Shown here piece by piece: positions 61,486 through 64,000 of a DNA stretch of 64,000 nucleotides; position 1 is the stretch's first letter, and every line of letters starts with the position of its first letter. Below the pieces are notes generated by a model. The model ran no database searches. It was not told the DNA's origin and saw only the letters and a program-made list of their open reading frames with translations. The stretch lies in the NCBI RefSeq assembly GCF_006345805.1, contig NC_043005.1:76012001-76076000 (forward strand). The letters are read 5' to 3'. The stretch is from Octopus sinensis. Taxonomy: Eukaryota. Position numbers and translations under genes: made by a program.

Positions 61486-62756
61486 TAGAACACAAGTGGA
61501 ATGACAACAAGATTTCTTTTTGAGATATATACATTATTTATTTTACATATTTTACAATCATGTTGGTTGGAAGTTTGTAAGTGTTAGCATGTTTTTGTGT
61601 CTGTGTGTTCGTGAGTCATAAAAGGTACTGACAAGAGAAATAACAATGGAATTTGGTTCACAGTTCATGTTGTTGGTATCAGCCTAGCAACTGGTAGTAG
61701 CAGATGGCTTAAGGTAGTTCTTAGAAGAACTAGAACTCGAGACAGATAATTGATTTACCGTTTATGAGGTACAAGGAGTGTAAAAGTTCCATGTCAAGAT
61801 GTTGCGTCACGTAGTTGAGATTAATTGAATCACTTGTTGTGTTTATCTTTCTCTTGATAAGAATATACTTCCAGATGTGTTAACTGTAGCCGTTTTTCCC
61901 GTGGTGAGATTTTCACCTAACCGCTATAGTTGAATCTGTAGTTGTCTTGTGTACAAATTAAACCTCAGTAGATAGAGACGATGTTTGACGATGAGTTGTG
62001 TCTGTCGCTTGGTTTTTGCTGCGTCTTCATCATATATTCTGCTTGGTTATTTTTCTCTTGATATAATGGTGGTCGCCTGCCTTTCGAACTGGAACATGGT
62101 CGAGTATGCTCTGTGTGGTCAGAGGTTCGCCCTGAGAAGGACTTGAACCAAAGACGAACTCTGTGGTCAGAGGTTTAGCTCTGAAAAGAACTAAAAACCT
62201 AAGACGAGAAATGTCTGAGGACATTTCCTATATAAGGTTTATGTGGCTCAAAATGAACTTCAGAAATGGAAAGCTGTGATTGGCTGCTTGGAACAATGGC
62301 GCGAAAATAAGCGGAGGCAAATGGTGTCACGTGACACCCAGCGGTGCGAACGTAGTAGAGACCACGTGTCAGCCAATCGAATTAGTGTTTACAACATTGT
62401 TAAACTAGCCGAAGTTGTTTGTAATCTCGAACGAGATTATTCTTAATACTCTTCTCAAACAGTGAAGATAGCAGGAGCTTAAGGTATTTTCGCTCAATAA
62501 ACACTCACAACGCCCGGTCTGGGAATCGAAACCGCGATTCTACAGTCCGCTGCCCTAACCACTAGGCCTTACGCCTCCACTAGGAAAACAAGTACACGAA
62601 AGGAAAAGAACTTTCATTGCCAATGATAGACGAAGTTTCAATGTATAGTTGAAGGAATTACGTTTTAATTATACTATGAAGATTTTGTATCTATTACCCT
62701 TTCCCGACAAAGATAAATGAGCACAGCGTAGAAAAATAAAATGAAAAACTAACACG

Positions 62757-62828
62757 TTCCCATGCCGGGAATCGAACCCGGGCCGCCTGGGTGAAAGCCA
62801 GGAATCCTAACCACTAGACCACATGGAA
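62757..62828 (-). tRNA. tRNA-Glu-TTC: tRNA-Glu(TTC), T2:G71 wobble; left gene of divergent pair 2
   Basis: 5' acceptor TTCCATG. Confidence 0.9.
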
Positions 62829-63011
62829 ATGTCTGCTATTGTTAGTAAGATACGAAGATTATTGAAACTGTTGCTGTCATCAGTTGCTATCATAGATGTT
62901 TATTGCTGGCTGTTACATTATTTTCATTTACGGAGTGAAACACGTAGAATATAACAAAACTCTGTTTATGCCTTTAATAATTACTTTATTGAAGTTTATG
63001 TTGCTCAACCT

Positions 63012-63083
63012 TCCCATGTGGTCTAGTGGTTAGGATTCCTGGCTTTCACCCAGGCAGCCCGGGTTCGATTCCCGGCATGGGAA
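63012..63083 (+). tRNA. tRNA-Glu-TTC: tRNA-Glu(TTC); right gene of divergent pair 2
   Basis: One variable-region change (CAGC). Confidence 0.92.
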
Positions 63084-63302
63084 CGTTTGTTTTCTTTTTT
63101 TGTTGCTGTATAAAGATGCCTTTGAGCATATTGAAACTTAACAGAGCAGGAGCCGGTAGTAAGGCGATCTAATCTACGAACTTAGAAGAAATAATTTCTC
63201 TAATCACCAATACCGCGTCCAGTTTCCATTTTTGTTACCTTCATGCTTCATTTAAGTGGAACATGTGGAATAAAGTGTTCTGGATAGGAATCAATCTAAA
63301 TC

Positions 63303-63735
63303 CTTTACCCTTTTACTCATTTACTCTTTTACTTGTTTCAGTAATTTGACTGCGACCATGCTGGAGAACCGCCTTTAGTAGAGCAAATCGACCCCAGGAC
63401 TTATTCTCTGTAAGCCTAGCACTAATTCTATCGGTTTCTTTTGCCGTACCGCTAAGTTACGGGGGCGTAATCACACCACCATCGGTAGTCAAGTGATGTT
63501 GTGGGAGGGGGCGGCAAACAAAGACACACAAACATATTCACACACATACATATAGATATATATACATATATACGACGGGCTTCTTTCAGTTTCCGTCTAC
63601 CAAATCCACTCACAAAGCTTTGGTCGGTCCGAGGCTATAGTAAAAGACACTTGCCCAAGGTGTCACGTAGCTGGACTGAACCTGGAACCATGTGGTTCGT
63701 AAGCAAGGTACTTACCACACAGCCACTCCTACGCC
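63303..63735 (-). mobile_element. SINE family A
   Basis: Matches family A. Confidence 0.88.
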
Positions 63736-63913
63736 TTTGAACAGTTACAATTTACACCTGACGGCAATACCCTTTAAATATTATAAGACGAAGACTTTTG
63801 CAAGGACATGAGTCTCTAATTATACTATGAAGATTTTGTATCTATTACCCTTTTCCGACAAAGATAAATGAGCACAGCGTAGAAAAATAAAATGAAAAAC
63901 TAAAATTAACACG

Positions 63914-63985
63914 TTCCCATGCCGGGAATCGAACCCGGGCCGCCTGGGTGAAAGCCAGGAATCCTAACCACTAGACCACATGGGA
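63914..63985 (-). tRNA. tRNA-Glu-TTC: tRNA-Glu(TTC), consensus copy
   Basis: Consensus; flank matches 59523 and 62757 copies. Confidence 0.97.
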
Positions 63986-64000
63986 ATGCCCGCTATTTTT

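Overview
Eukaryotic, AT-rich, repeat-dense DNA with no recognisable host protein-coding gene. The SINE families and (TACA)n tracts look like those of an Octopus genome, but that assignment is from recall, not a search. The window is a single-isotype tRNA-Glu gene cluster. It holds 38 near-full-length genes (mostly anticodon TTC, a few CTC, one TTT mutant) and about 17 decayed relics. The genes sit in old, diverged ~1-kb duplication units, in an ~8.4-kb segmental duplication (1-14.5 kb), in head-to-head pairs (59.5-63.1 kb) and in a young 13 x 168-bp tandem array (50.14-52.33 kb). The array appears to derive from an inverted copy of the gene at 54253-54324. Between the genes are three tRNA-derived SINE families and decayed LINEs (RTE, CR1, Tx1-like, and two restriction-like-endonuclease R4/Dong-type). 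There are also mariner, hAT and Merlin/IS1595 transposase relics, MULE-like and Merlin-like MITEs with target-site duplications, two long palindromes, a 156-bp inverted repeat bracketing a tRNA gene, and a candidate type I hammerhead ribozyme. Most entries in the ORF track are microsatellite or SINE artefacts.
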